Part shown: one piece after another, positions 8,141-17,705 of the stretch
How the letters are laid out: every line of letters starts with the position of its first letter
How positions within the stretch are numbered: the first letter of the stretch is position 1
Source: Psychrobacter sp. HD31
GTDB taxonomy: Bacteria; Pseudomonadota; Gammaproteobacteria; Pseudomonadales; Moraxellaceae
NCBI RefSeq assembly: GCF_051097895.1
Contig: NZ_CP142525.1
Location: 1,710,001 to 1,742,000, forward strand
Reading direction: 5' to 3'
Length of the DNA: 32,000 nt
Notes under the pieces: generated by a model
What the model saw: only the letters and a program-made list of their open reading frames with translations
The model's database searches: none
What the model was told of the DNA's origin: nothing
Position numbers and translations under genes: made by a program

Positions 8141-8524
8141 ATGAAACTGACTAAACAAACTGATTTTGCACTAAGAACCTTGCTATATTTGGCTAAGCAA
8201 AAAACAAACAATCGTATATTTGTACAAGAAATAGCCGATGCTTATGATATGCCCGTTAATCACCTTACCAAAGTTGTTAATAAATTAAGTAGATTAAGTT
8301 ATATCAACACTTACCGTGGTCGAAACGGTGGCATTGAGCTTGGTCGGACAAAAGAAGAAATTTTAATCAAAGATGTGATTATTGACTTTGAACCATCATT
8401 AACACCAGCCGACTGTGAAAACTGTTTGTTGCGTGGTGGTTGCGGGTTAGAAGTACATCTTGCAATTGCTAGCGATGCGTTTATTGACTCGCTAGGCAAC
8501 AAAAGTTTGGCAGATATTTGCTAA
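8141..8524 (+). CDS. nsrR: Rrf2-family transcriptional regulator, NsrR-like (three C-terminal cysteines)
   Basis: MKLTKQTDFALRTLLYLA...NHLTKVVNKLSRLSYINTYRGRNGGIELGR is colinear with the remembered E. coli NsrR. The putative cluster ligands are C-x2-C-x5-C (ADCENCLLRGGC). The RBS AAGGCGAG precedes the ATG. Confidence 0.75.
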   Translation: MKLTKQTDFALRTLLYLAKQKTNNRIFVQEIADAYDMPVNHLTKVVNKLSRLSYINTYRGRNGGIELGRTKEEILIKDVIIDFEPSLTPADCENCLLRGGCGLEVHLAIASDAFIDSLGNKSLADIC

Positions 8525-8546
8525 AAGCCATTAAGAAATAAACAGG

Positions 8547-9071
8547 TTATTGATTTGGGTCTACTTGCAAGGTTAAGTTTGAGAGTAGGTCTGTTGCATT
8601 TGATTCATCACACAAAAAGGAAAGCAGAGCATCTGACCACTGTTCAAAAAACGCTTCATAATCAACATCTGCATCTACACGGTTTGCTATCCTATTTGCA
8701 CCTGCTTTATCAAGTAGCCCATCAACCACCTTAGAAAATCCACAAAAGTTTAAATAATTGACATCACCAATCCCAAAAACGGCATACTGAAAGCCAAATT
8801 TTGGTGTATCGGGTTTCATGCGCTGTTGCATTCTAGTTTGTATCAGATTTTGATAAAAAACAGTGGCGTTGTGCGGTGGTTCGCCATCGCCAGTGGTACT
8901 AGAAATAACAAACAACAAGGTGTTTTTGTCCCACTGCTGCATGTTTTCAATGAGCAGCTCATTTAAGCAGCCATAATTTGGTTTAAATGCTGCTAGCTTT
9001 TGTTTAAGCTCATGGGCTAAAGTGTGTGCGTTGCCAGACTCAGAACCGTAGGCAATGTAAATTTTTGGCAT
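8547..9071 (-). CDS. Long-chain flavodoxin, paralogue of the N-terminal FMN module of the 5864-7417 reductase
   Basis: IYIAYGSESGNAHTLAHELKQKL...SSTTGDGEPPHNA...YAVFGIGDVNYLNFCGF...RVDADVDYEAFFEQWSDAL aligns position-for-position with reductase residues 1 to about 160. Confidence 0.85.
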   Translation of the reverse strand: MPKIYIAYGSESGNAHTLAHELKQKLAAFKPNYGCLNELLIENMQQWDKNTLLFVISSTTGDGEPPHNATVFYQNLIQTRMQQRMKPDTPKFGFQYAVFGIGDVNYLNFCGFSKVVDGLLDKAGANRIANRVDADVDYEAFFEQWSDALLSFLCDESNATDLLSNLTLQVDPNQ

Positions 9072-9223
9072 GGGTTATCACTCAATGTTTATTTATTTCT
9101 AATATTTTTGTTTTTACCAAAAAATGGCAAAGGTAAAAGTTGATAACTTTTAGTGAAACAATTATATATAAAATAAAAACTCCTGTAGACTGTTTAGCAA
9201 ATAAATTATTATAAGGAAGTTGC

Positions 9224-10111
9224 ATGCCATCATTTTTAGTAGAAAATGCTATAAAAATAAACCACCAGCAAGCACGTTTTTATCAAACCAAAGCAACAAC
9301 AAATCACAAGCCATCGGCTCATTTTTATGGTGGGAATGGGTTTGCAGTTGGTGCTTATGAGCCGTTACTAAAGCAATTAGCAGAGGATTTTGACATTAGC
9401 AGTTTGGCAATGCGAGGTTATTGGTATGACAAGCCAACCAATAAAAAACTGACTCGCATTGATGATGCTAAGATGTTGATTGCGTTTATTGAAAAAACTT
9501 ATGATGCGCCTATTATTGGTATTGGACATTCACAAGGGGCAACCGCCACCGCACTTGCTGCTGCCATGCGACCTGATTTGTTTTCGGCCATTTATCTTGT
9601 AGAACCAGTCACGTTTACCAAATCACAAACTTTGCTTTACAACCTGATACCAGATTTTATCAAGCTTAAAAAAGAGCCGTTTAAAAGCACCTTAAAAAAA
9701 CAAAAATACTGGCAAAGTCATAAAGCGTATTATCAGTATTTACGAGGGCATAGGGCTTATAAACGAGTGAATGACGACTTATTGCATATTTATGCTAAAA
9801 ATAGCCTGACTAAAAGATGTGATGGTGGTGAGGGGTTTGAGTTGCTATTTAGCCCAGAGCAAGAGTTAGCCAGTTATTTTGGTACCCCATTTATTAATGA
9901 CGCTTTAAAAACGTTAAATAAAACAGATGTTTCCTACCATATTATTAAGGGTAAGCCCAGTTTGTTTATTAATGAAAAGGTACGCAAAAGCTGGCAAAAA
10001 TTTGTTCCTAAAAATGCCATAACCGTACTGCCAGAGTATGGGCATTTGTTGCCTATTGAAGCACCCAAACTTGTTGCTAAAATCATTAGTGAGCAAAACA
10101 CTCAGCTCTAA
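9224..10111 (+). CDS. Alpha/beta-fold hydrolase
   Basis: Nucleophile elbow GIGHSQGA, a late His in the PEYGHLLPIE context, and the RBS AAGGAAG before the ATG. Confidence 0.75.
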   Translation: MPSFLVENAIKINHQQARFYQTKATTNHKPSAHFYGGNGFAVGAYEPLLKQLAEDFDISSLAMRGYWYDKPTNKKLTRIDDAKMLIAFIEKTYDAPIIGIGHSQGATATALAAAMRPDLFSAIYLVEPVTFTKSQTLLYNLIPDFIKLKKEPFKSTLKKQKYWQSHKAYYQYLRGHRAYKRVNDDLLHIYAKNSLTKRCDGGEGFELLFSPEQELASYFGTPFINDALKTLNKTDVSYHIIKGKPSLFINEKVRKSWQKFVPKNAITVLPEYGHLLPIEAPKLVAKIISEQNTQL

Positions 10112-10296
10112 TAAATCTACTTTACACGCTTAACGAAACCCTAGCCAAGGTATTAGTATCCTTAGTTTTTTGACCGCATTCGTCACTATATTTGCAGTAT
10201 ACTTTGGGATAGTATATTATTTTTTTGATGAACAATTTATCACCAAGTTTTTGCCAAAACGTGCCTAAATTTGTACTTATTTTATGAGAGCTCAAT

Positions 10297-11925
10297 ATGA
10301 CTTTTGAAAAACCGACGGCAACAGATGCCCCTCTTGTGCAAGTCAAAGATTTACAGGTATCTTTTACGCTTGCAAATAATGAAGAAGTACAGGCGGTAAA
10401 GGGCGTTTCTTTTGAGTTAAAACGAGGGGAGACGCTGGCGTTAGTTGGTGAGTCTGGTTCAGGTAAGTCGGTTACCGCTATGTCAATTGTGCGTCTGTTA
10501 CCACCAAAGATTGCTCACTTTGGGCAAGGCTCTTCTATTATTTTTGATGGGCAAGAAATCATAGGTGCTGATAGAGGTGTTTTACGCACCATTCGTGGTG
10601 CTCGTGTTGGTTTTATCTTTCAGGAGCCAATGTCCTCATTAAACCCTTATGTACGTATTGATAAACAGTTAACTGAGGTATTAACAACCCACCAAAAAAT
10701 TAGCCATGCTCAGGCCAAAGCTAAAGCGGTGGAGATGTTAAAAAAAGTAGGCATTAAGGAGCCTGAACGTCGTCTTAATCAATATCCACACGAGTTTTCT
10801 GGTGGGCAGCTACAACGTATCATGATTGCGATGGCTCTATTAAATGAGCCAGAAATGCTGATTGCTGATGAGCCAACGACAGCACTCGACGTTACAATTC
10901 AGTCCGAGATTTTAGAGCTGATTCGTGATTTGCAAGCAGAAATGGGGATGGCAATTATCTTTATTACGCATGACCTAGGGTTAGCAGAGCATTATTCAGA
11001 CCAAGTTTGTGTCATGAGACATGGCAAAATTGTGGAACATGGTGAAATTAAAGCGGTGTTTAATAATCCACAACATGAATACACCAAACAGTTGATTAAC
11101 TCGGTGCCCGAAGGGCTAAAAGACCCATACCCCAACAATGCAGAAAAACTGATTGAAGCAGACGACATTGAAGTTAAATACCCTATTAAGCACAACTGGT
11201 TAGGCAAACCAATTAAGTTTTTTGATGCGGTTAAAGGCATCACCTTTGATTTGCATGAAGGAGAAACATTGGGCGTTGTGGGTGAGTCTGGTTCTGGCAA
11301 ATCGACCCTTGGGCGAGCTGTGATGCAAATGCTTAATTATGATGGCGGTGTAAAATTTGAAGGAACTGACATTGTCAACATGACTGACAATAAGCGTTTT
11401 GATTTAAAGTCTGATATGGCAATTGTATTTCAGGATCCATTTGAGTCGTTATCACCACGGTTAACAATTGGAGAAATTGTTGGCGAATTTTTGGAGGTGC
11501 ATCGTCCAAAAATGAATAAGCGTGAACGCATTAATAAAGTGCGAGAAATGCTAGAAGAAGTGCGCATGGACCCAAATGTGATTAACCGTTATCCTCATGA
11601 GTTCTCGGGTGGTCAGCGTCAGCGTATTGCCATTGCTCGTGCGCTTATTTTAGAGCCTAAGTTTATTTTGCTTGATGAGCCAACCTCGGCACTTGACCGC
11701 TCAATTCAGGTGACTGTGGTAGAGCTATTGCGTGAGCTACAGAAAAAATATGGGCTATCTTATATGTTTATTAGCCATGATTTATCGGTTGTGCGAGCCA
11801 TGTCTGATAATGTGCTGGTAATGAAGGATGGTGAAGTAGTCGAAAGGGGCACAGCGATGGAGATTTTCCATAACCCACAAACCGATTACTGCAAAAAACT
11901 GATTAGCTCATCATTTGATTTGTAA
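10297..11925 (+). CDS. Fused double-domain ABC ATPase of the oligopeptide/dipeptide importer class (YejF/GsiA-like, an OppD-OppF fusion)
   Basis: Two complete cassettes: Walker A GESGSGKS twice, signature FSGGQLQR and FSGGQRQR, Walker B LIADEPT and ILLDEPT. Each cassette is followed by the peptide-importer C-terminal tail (NPQHEYTKQLI, NPQTDYCKKLI). Confidence 0.9.
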   Translation: MTFEKPTATDAPLVQVKDLQVSFTLANNEEVQAVKGVSFELKRGETLALVGESGSGKSVTAMSIVRLLPPKIAHFGQGSSIIFDGQEIIGADRGVLRTIRGARVGFIFQEPMSSLNPYVRIDKQLTEVLTTHQKISHAQAKAKAVEMLKKVGIKEPERRLNQYPHEFSGGQLQRIMIAMALLNEPEMLIADEPTTALDVTIQSEILELIRDLQAEMGMAIIFITHDLGLAEHYSDQVCVMRHGKIVEHGEIKAVFNNPQHEYTKQLINSVPEGLKDPYPNNAEKLIEADDIEVKYPIKHNWLGKPIKFFDAVKGITFDLHEGETLGVVGESGSGKSTLGRAVMQMLNYDGGVKFEGTDIVNMTDNKRFDLKSDMAIVFQDPFESLSPRLTIGEIVGEFLEVHRPKMNKRERINKVREMLEEVRMDPNVINRYPHEFSGGQRQRIAIARALILEPKFILLDEPTSALDRSIQVTVVELLRELQKKYGLSYMFISHDLSVVRAMSDNVLVMKDGEVVERGTAMEIFHNPQTDYCKKLISSSFDL

Positions 11926-11945
11926 ATTTGTTAAATTATCGGCAT

Positions 11946-11981
11946 AAAAAACCTCATGCTTTATTAAAACATGAGGTTTTT
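11946..11981. terminator. Bidirectional rho-independent terminator
   Basis: A-run, CCTCATG (11952-11958), an 11-nt loop, CATGAGG (11970-11976), then a T-run. It sits between the convergent stops at 11925 and 11991. Confidence 0.75.
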
Positions 11982-11990
11982 ATATTTATA

Positions 11991-12452
11991 TTATTTACTA
12001 CAGATGCCTTGAGTTGCTAAATCTAATTTAGAGACATCTTTTTGACCTTGCTTAGTAGGCATAAGTTTTAGGTTGGCACCACCTACCATTAACCCTGGCT
12101 TAATATATTGTTTTATATAATAATTGGTGCCTGCCACTGTAGGAACTATTAAATCATTATTACCAAATTCAGATTCGGTAGACACTGTATGTTTAGCATT
12201 ACCTGCTACTTCTTTATAAAAGAAGATATTTGGTGCAGACTCACCAAGGCATTTTCCATCCACCCATATGTCTTTTTTTAAAGCTTGTCCTATTCCACCT
12301 TTTCTATATACATATAGTCCTGCTTTGTTGGCAGTTGGTGCCTTAAACTGTTTAAGAGCATTACTGGTTTTTGCATCTTCTTTTGGGACAGAAGCACAAC
12401 CAGAAAATAATAAAGTGGAAGTAGCGATGAGAGATAAGAAAATTAAACGCAT
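11991..12452 (-). CDS. DUF2846-like lipoprotein
   Basis: Lipobox LLFSG-C at residues 15-19. GLYVYRKGG...IWVDGKCLGE...HTV matches the pattern I associate with DUF2846. Confidence 0.65.
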   Translation of the reverse strand: MRLIFLSLIATSTLLFSGCASVPKEDAKTSNALKQFKAPTANKAGLYVYRKGGIGQALKKDIWVDGKCLGESAPNIFFYKEVAGNAKHTVSTESEFGNNDLIVPTVAGTNYYIKQYIKPGLMVGGANLKLMPTKQGQKDVSKLDLATQGICSK

Positions 12453-12553
12453 AATGTATCCTTAAAATTTTGATTTTTATTTATTCACTCACTTCTTTTA
12501 TAGTAGAAGTTGAGAAATATTATCATATGTTTATCGTTATCTTCTAATATATC

Positions 12554-13474
12554 TTATCTATCTTTTGGATCTAAAGCATCCCGCAGGCCATCACCAATAA
12601 AGTTAAAACAAAATAGTGTGATAACCAAAAAGATGGATGGGATGATAATTTGCCAAGGCGCCACTTCCATTGTTTTGGTACCTTCTTGTAGCAACGCACC
12701 CCAACTGGTCATTGGCTCTTGTACACCCAAGCCCAAAAAGCTTAAAAATGATTCAAACAAAATCATAGAAGGGACAAGTAACGAGGCATAAACCACCACC
12801 ACACCTAATACGTTAGGCACAATATGGCGTTTGACGATATTCCAGTTAGAAACACCACCAACTTTAGCGGCTTCGATAAATTGTTTTTGCTTTAGCCCCA
12901 AGGTTTGCCCTCGCACAATACGTGCCACATCTAACCAAGACACCATGCCAATTGCCACAAAAATTAAAATTAGGTTGCGACCAAAAAAAGTAACCAGCAA
13001 AATAACAAAAAACATAAACGGAAACGCGTTTAAAATTTCTAGCACGCGCATCATCACCATATCTACTTTGCCACCTAAATAGCCAGAAACGGCACCATAT
13101 AGTGTGCCAAATAGTACAGCAACCAATGCGCCAGCAATGCCAACCATTAGAGAAATCCGCCCACCAATGGCAGTACGCACAAATAAGTCACGTCCTAATG
13201 AGTCTGTTCCAAAGTAGTGTCCACTATCAAAAGCTGGGGCAGACTGCATGTAATTCCAGTCTGCATCGGCATAGCTAAAGTTTGAAAACATGGGCACAAA
13301 TAATACAAATAAGCTAACAAGTATTAAAATTACCATACTGGCAACGGCTGCCTTGTTGCGTGCAAACCGTAACCAGGCATCTTGCCATAGGCTACGACTT
13401 TTTAGCTCAATTTTAATCGGGTCAAGCTTATCAATTTGGTTCATGTTGTCTGGTTGGGTTGTATTTGTTGTCAT
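12554..13474 (-). CDS. oppC: Oligopeptide ABC transporter permease OppC
   Basis: Near-colinear with the remembered E. coli OppC (SLWQDAW.RF..N.AAVAS, GHYFGTDS.GRDL.VR.AIGGRISLMVG, C-terminal FNFIGDGLRDALDPKDR). Confidence 0.9.
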   Translation of the reverse strand: MTTNTTQPDNMNQIDKLDPIKIELKSRSLWQDAWLRFARNKAAVASMVILILVSLFVLFVPMFSNFSYADADWNYMQSAPAFDSGHYFGTDSLGRDLFVRTAIGGRISLMVGIAGALVAVLFGTLYGAVSGYLGGKVDMVMMRVLEILNAFPFMFFVILLVTFFGRNLILIFVAIGMVSWLDVARIVRGQTLGLKQKQFIEAAKVGGVSNWNIVKRHIVPNVLGVVVVYASLLVPSMILFESFLSFLGLGVQEPMTSWGALLQEGTKTMEVAPWQIIIPSIFLVITLFCFNFIGDGLRDALDPKDR

Positions 13475-13486
13475 TTATCTTCCCCT

Positions 13487-14407
13487 TTAATACTTAATTT
13501 TAGGGTCGATGACCGCATATAAAATATCCACAATGGCATTAAATATAATGGTTAACACGCCAACGAGAATAGTCAGACTCAGCACCATACCGTAATCTCG
13601 GTTTAATGCGCCGTTTACAAATAACTGCCCAATACCAGGTAAACCAAAAATAGTTTCAATAACAATTGAGCCTGTAATGATACCCACAAAAGCGGGGCCT
13701 AAATAAGAGATAACGGGCAGCATGGCAGGGCGAAGCGCATGTTTTAATACGATTTCTATCAGTGGCAGCCCCTTTGCACGTGCAGTACGGATATATTGGC
13801 TGTTCATGACCTCAATCATAGACCCACGCATAATACGGGCAATACTTGCCACATAAGCAAAGGCAAGTGCGGTGACAGGCAAAATAATATTTTGTACGGC
13901 GCCATCGTTCCAACCGCCGGCGGGTAGCCATTTTAAGGTAATGGCAAATATTAAAACCAATAATGGTGCTTTGACAAAACTTGGTATGACCACTCCTGTC
14001 ATGGCAAATGTCATCGTAAGGTAGTCAATCCACGAGTTTTGTTTTAAAGCGGCAATAACGCCTAAAGTCACACCAAGTAATAAGGCAACTAAAAACGCAT
14101 AAAAACCAATTTCAAAAGAAATGGGTAAAGATTGTCCTAATAACTCATTAACACTAAAGTCTTTGTATTTAAAAGAGGGACCAAAGTCACCAACGGCAAG
14201 TTGTTTTAAATAGTTGAAATATTGTAGCCAAATTGGGTCGTTTAAATGATATTTGGCTTCAATATTTGCCATTACCGCAGGAGGGAGGTTTCGCTCGCCA
14301 GTAAAAGGGCTACCGGGTGCTAAACGCATCATAAAAAAGGAGACGGTAATTAAAGTAAAAAGTGTTGGGATGGACTCCAAAAGCCTTCGTAAAATGAGTC
14401 TGAACAT
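13487..14407 (-). CDS. oppB: Oligopeptide ABC transporter permease OppB
   Basis: From MFRLILRRLLESIPTLFTLITVSFFMMRLAPGSPFTGER to VIDPKIKY it is colinear with the remembered E. coli OppB. The start is moved to Met15 of the track ORF to match the E. coli N-terminus. Confidence 0.9.
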   Translation of the reverse strand: MFRLILRRLLESIPTLFTLITVSFFMMRLAPGSPFTGERNLPPAVMANIEAKYHLNDPIWLQYFNYLKQLAVGDFGPSFKYKDFSVNELLGQSLPISFEIGFYAFLVALLLGVTLGVIAALKQNSWIDYLTMTFAMTGVVIPSFVKAPLLVLIFAITLKWLPAGGWNDGAVQNIILPVTALAFAYVASIARIMRGSMIEVMNSQYIRTARAKGLPLIEIVLKHALRPAMLPVISYLGPAFVGIITGSIVIETIFGLPGIGQLFVNGALNRDYGMVLSLTILVGVLTIIFNAIVDILYAVIDPKIKY

Positions 14408-14448
14408 AAAATTAATCCATAATTTTTTTAGATGAGCCTTTAAAAACA

Positions 14449-14495
14449 CACCCTAAAAAATAAAAAAGGGTGGCTACGCTGGGTAATCCACCCTT
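14449..14495 (-). terminator. Intercistronic hairpin plus U-run between oppA and oppB (attenuator or partial terminator)
   Basis: The minus-strand RNA reads AAGGGTGG, a 14-nt loop, CCACCCTT, then TTTTTATTTTTT (plus-strand arms 14466-14473 and 14488-14495). A second possible stem pairs CACCCT with AGGGTG across the U-run. Confidence 0.6.
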
Positions 14496-14542
14496 CCATA
14501 AGCTTAATTAACTATCATACTAAACAAATTGTTGATTAACAA

Positions 14543-16216
14543 TTAATGCTTAGCGATAGAAAAGTCTTTAAATTGCCAGTTATCTAGCGCATCTTTACCA
14601 GTAAAACCATTAACGTATGGTTTAATCATACGTGGGCTAATATAGTGGTAGATTTGGATAAGTGGCATATCTGCATCTAACTGTGCTTCGGCTTGGTTGT
14701 ACAACTCACTTCGCTTAGCGTTGTCAACACCCGCTTTAAGTGTTTGATTCATTAAGCTATCAAAGTTTTGCGAGCTGTATTTACCGTGGTTGTTGCTGTT
14801 GCCTGTTTTAACGATATTTAAGAAGGTTGAAGCTTCGTTATAGTCACCACACCAACCAGCACGAGATACGTCATAGTTACCATTACGGCGAGTATCTAAG
14901 TAAGTTTTCCACTCTTGGTTGGTTAACGTAACATTAATCATGTTGTCGCCCAGTGCTTGTTTCCAAAGGGCAGAGGCAGCAACAGCAATTTTCTTATGGT
15001 TTTCGTTTGTGTTGTATAGTAACTCAAACTTAAGCGGGTTGCTTTCGTTATAACCAGCTTCTGTTAGTAATTTTTTGGCTTGTTCAACTCGGGCGGCTTG
15101 GTCTAGCGCTTCCCACTCTGGTGAGTTGTTTACACTACCTTGGGTAGCAGGTGGTGTAAATTGATAAGCTGGCGTTTGACCCTGAGCAAGTACTTTGTCA
15201 GTAATTGTGTTGCGGTCTAGTGCTAATGCCAATGCACGGCGTACTCTTACATCATCAAACGGTGGTTTAACTGTGTTGAACTCGTAGTAATAAGTACATA
15301 AAAATGGTGATACATGAACTTCATCGCCAAATTCTTCTTGTAATTTGGTGAACTGCTCTGGTGGCAATTCGTTGTAAGTCATGTCAATTTCACCCGCTTT
15401 ATAACGCGCAACATCTGAGGTGTTTTCTGAAATTGGTAGCACAGTTACTTTGTTGATTTTTGTATTTGCGTTGTCAAAGTATGCTTCATTGCGGGTTAGT
15501 ACAATTTTGTCATTAACATTCCATTCGTTAACGGTGTATGCGCCATTGACGACAATGTTTTCTGGGTTTGTCCATTTGTCACCAAATTGTTCAACGGTTG
15601 CTTTGTGTACAGGCTTAACCGAAGTATGGATCATGACATCAGGGAAGTAAGGTACTGGCTCAGATAGTGTAATTTCTAACGTTTTTTCATCTATCGCTTT
15701 AACGCCTAGGGTACTTGGTTCGGCTTTCCCATCAATAATATCTTGTGCGTTTACCACTTTTGCATCAGCAAGGTAGCTTGCGTAAGGTGATGCGGTTTCT
15801 GGGGTGAGTACACGCTGTAAGCTATAAACAAAGTCTTCTGCTGTTACAGGGTCGCCATTAGACCAGTTAGCATCACGTAGTTTAAATGTCCAAACTTTGT
15901 TGTCTGCTGATTCCCAGCTTTCTGCCATACCGGGCATGGTGTTGCCGTCAGGATCGGTTGAGGTTAAGCCAACCATGATTTGGCGGATGATGTTACTTTC
16001 TGGTACACCAGAAATTTTGTGAGGATCCAGTGATTCTGGTTCTGCACCATTATTAATGGTTAGTTCTTGAGACTCTGCCATTTCACCACTGGTAGCTGCT
16101 GCTGCGTGTGTATCTTTATCAGCTGGCTTGTCACCACCACAAGCGGTTAATGCTGCCAAGCTTAATGCTAAAGCAGTTGGCGTAAGTAATTTAAAAAAAG
16201 GGCTGGTCTGGCTCAT
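14543..16216 (-). CDS. oppA: Oligopeptide-binding protein OppA (lipobox-bearing)
   Basis: ELTINNGAEPESLDPHKISGVPESNIIRQ matches the remembered E. coli OppA N-terminal signature. The signal peptide has LTA-C. The start is set at ATG 16216, with AAGGA upstream. The track start at 16270 adds an unlikely 18-aa extension. Confidence 0.88.
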   Translation of the reverse strand: MSQTSPFFKLLTPTALALSLAALTACGGDKPADKDTHAAAATSGEMAESQELTINNGAEPESLDPHKISGVPESNIIRQIMVGLTSTDPDGNTMPGMAESWESADNKVWTFKLRDANWSNGDPVTAEDFVYSLQRVLTPETASPYASYLADAKVVNAQDIIDGKAEPSTLGVKAIDEKTLEITLSEPVPYFPDVMIHTSVKPVHKATVEQFGDKWTNPENIVVNGAYTVNEWNVNDKIVLTRNEAYFDNANTKINKVTVLPISENTSDVARYKAGEIDMTYNELPPEQFTKLQEEFGDEVHVSPFLCTYYYEFNTVKPPFDDVRVRRALALALDRNTITDKVLAQGQTPAYQFTPPATQGSVNNSPEWEALDQAARVEQAKKLLTEAGYNESNPLKFELLYNTNENHKKIAVAASALWKQALGDNMINVTLTNQEWKTYLDTRRNGNYDVSRAGWCGDYNEASTFLNIVKTGNSNNHGKYSSQNFDSLMNQTLKAGVDNAKRSELYNQAEAQLDADMPLIQIYHYISPRMIKPYVNGFTGKDALDNWQFKDFSIAKH

Positions 16217-16527
16217 ATAGAATCCTTCTATTGGGTTAAAAAAGGAGCAAATGTCGTTTAATGACAACAAATTAACTAAATTATTACCACTAACTTTATC
16301 ACCAATAACTATGGGTTGAAATTTTTGTTAATTATTGTTTGCTGTCATCAAACTTTAACAGTTTTATGTGTAGCAATACAAGCGCAATGACTGATGAATT
16401 CAATAATATTATTAAGTGATTTTCTGTAGGTGCAATTTAGGTACAAAAAGTGCAAACTGTTTTTTATATTGATAAAATAAGTTTGATATCCTAGTTTATA
16501 TTTATTTAACCAAATTGAGCTTCATTT

Positions 16528-17631
16528 ATGACCTTTAATAAACCATCTTTTGTGATTTTTACCCTGCTTGCCACCACGGCATTAACGGCTTGCCACAAAA
16601 CACCCAGCTATCAACAGTTAGAGGGTGAAACCATGGGCACCAGTTATCACATCCGATACGAGTTGCCAAAACAGGCAGACCAAACGGCTATTAAAGAGAG
16701 TATTGATAAACGACTAGACGAAGTTAATAGTAGCATGTCTACCTGGCAAGAGGACTCAACCATTAGTCAGTTTAATTTAGCAGCAGTTAACACCCCCGTT
16801 AAGATTGATGCTGACTTTGCACATGTGTTAAAAGATAGCCAAAAAGTGTATGCTCAATCTGGCGGGGCATTTGATCCAACAGTTAAACCAGTATTTGAAC
16901 TTTGGGGCTTTGGCAAGGAGATGCGTGTAGACAGGTTACAAAGCCCACCCTCTGCGGCAGAGGTCGAACAAGCAAAGTCGCTGATTGGTTTTGATAGTAT
17001 TCGCCTTAATGGTAATGAGCTGAGTAAAACCAAAGAGGGCGTGGCGATGGATTTTTCTGCCATTGCCAAGGGTTATGGTGTGGATGTTATTGCTGATGTA
17101 TTGGAGTCGAAATACAAAATTAAAAACTACATGGTTGAAATAGGCGGTGAAGTTGCGACAAGTGGGGTCAATGATAAAAATGCAGGATGGAAAATTGCCA
17201 TTGATGCGCCTATTTTGCATTCTGGCGTCGCTAATCGAGAGGTGATTGCTGCCATTGTACAACCCGTTGATGAAAGTAAACATGGGAAAATGAACTTAGC
17301 AACTTCTGGTAACTATCGTAACTCAATTGTATTTGATGGTGTGCGTTATAGCCATACAATAGACCCCCATACGGGTAACCCGATTGTAGATGGTGCACCA
17401 TCGGTAACGGTTGCGGCGAATACGGTTGCCATGGCGGATGCTTGGGCAACCGCATTAACGGCCATGCCTTATCAACAAGCATTGCAAACCGCTAACAAAC
17501 AAAATCTTGCGGTTATGTTTGTTGTCCCTAAAACTGGGGTGGATGTTAATCAAGCTCAACATAAGCTTGAAGATTGGCAAATCGTTGAAACTGAGGCAAT
17601 GCAAAAATTACGTAACAGGGCACAGCCTTAA
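16528..17631 (+). CDS. apbE: FAD:protein FMN transferase ApbE (lipoprotein)
   Basis: Lipobox LTA-C, followed by the ApbE motifs MGTSYHI, FDPTV, DFSAIAKGYGVD, ATSGNYRN and HTIDPHTG. Confidence 0.88.
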   Translation: MTFNKPSFVIFTLLATTALTACHKTPSYQQLEGETMGTSYHIRYELPKQADQTAIKESIDKRLDEVNSSMSTWQEDSTISQFNLAAVNTPVKIDADFAHVLKDSQKVYAQSGGAFDPTVKPVFELWGFGKEMRVDRLQSPPSAAEVEQAKSLIGFDSIRLNGNELSKTKEGVAMDFSAIAKGYGVDVIADVLESKYKIKNYMVEIGGEVATSGVNDKNAGWKIAIDAPILHSGVANREVIAAIVQPVDESKHGKMNLATSGNYRNSIVFDGVRYSHTIDPHTGNPIVDGAPSVTVAANTVAMADAWATALTAMPYQQALQTANKQNLAVMFVVPKTGVDVNQAQHKLEDWQIVETEAMQKLRNRAQP

Positions 17632-17705
17632 AAAAGGATAAAATTAAAAAATAAGTTATTGTTATCCAAACTATTTTTATACATTCGCTTTTTTGCTGAC
17701 CAATG

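Noticed and set aside
8020-8211. 63-aa minus-strand ORF in the PAS/nsrR divergent region
   Set aside because: It overlaps the nsrR start and the operator palindromes. The AT-rich promoter DNA explains the open frame.
10122-10346. 74-aa minus-strand ORF upstream of the ABC ATPase
   Set aside because: It overlaps the ATPase start by 50 nt, has no RBS and has no recognisable features.
16217-16270. 18-codon upstream extension of oppA
   Set aside because: The extension precedes the signal peptide and begins at a non-ATG codon. The ATG at 16216 has an AAGGA RBS and gives a normal lipoprotein signal.
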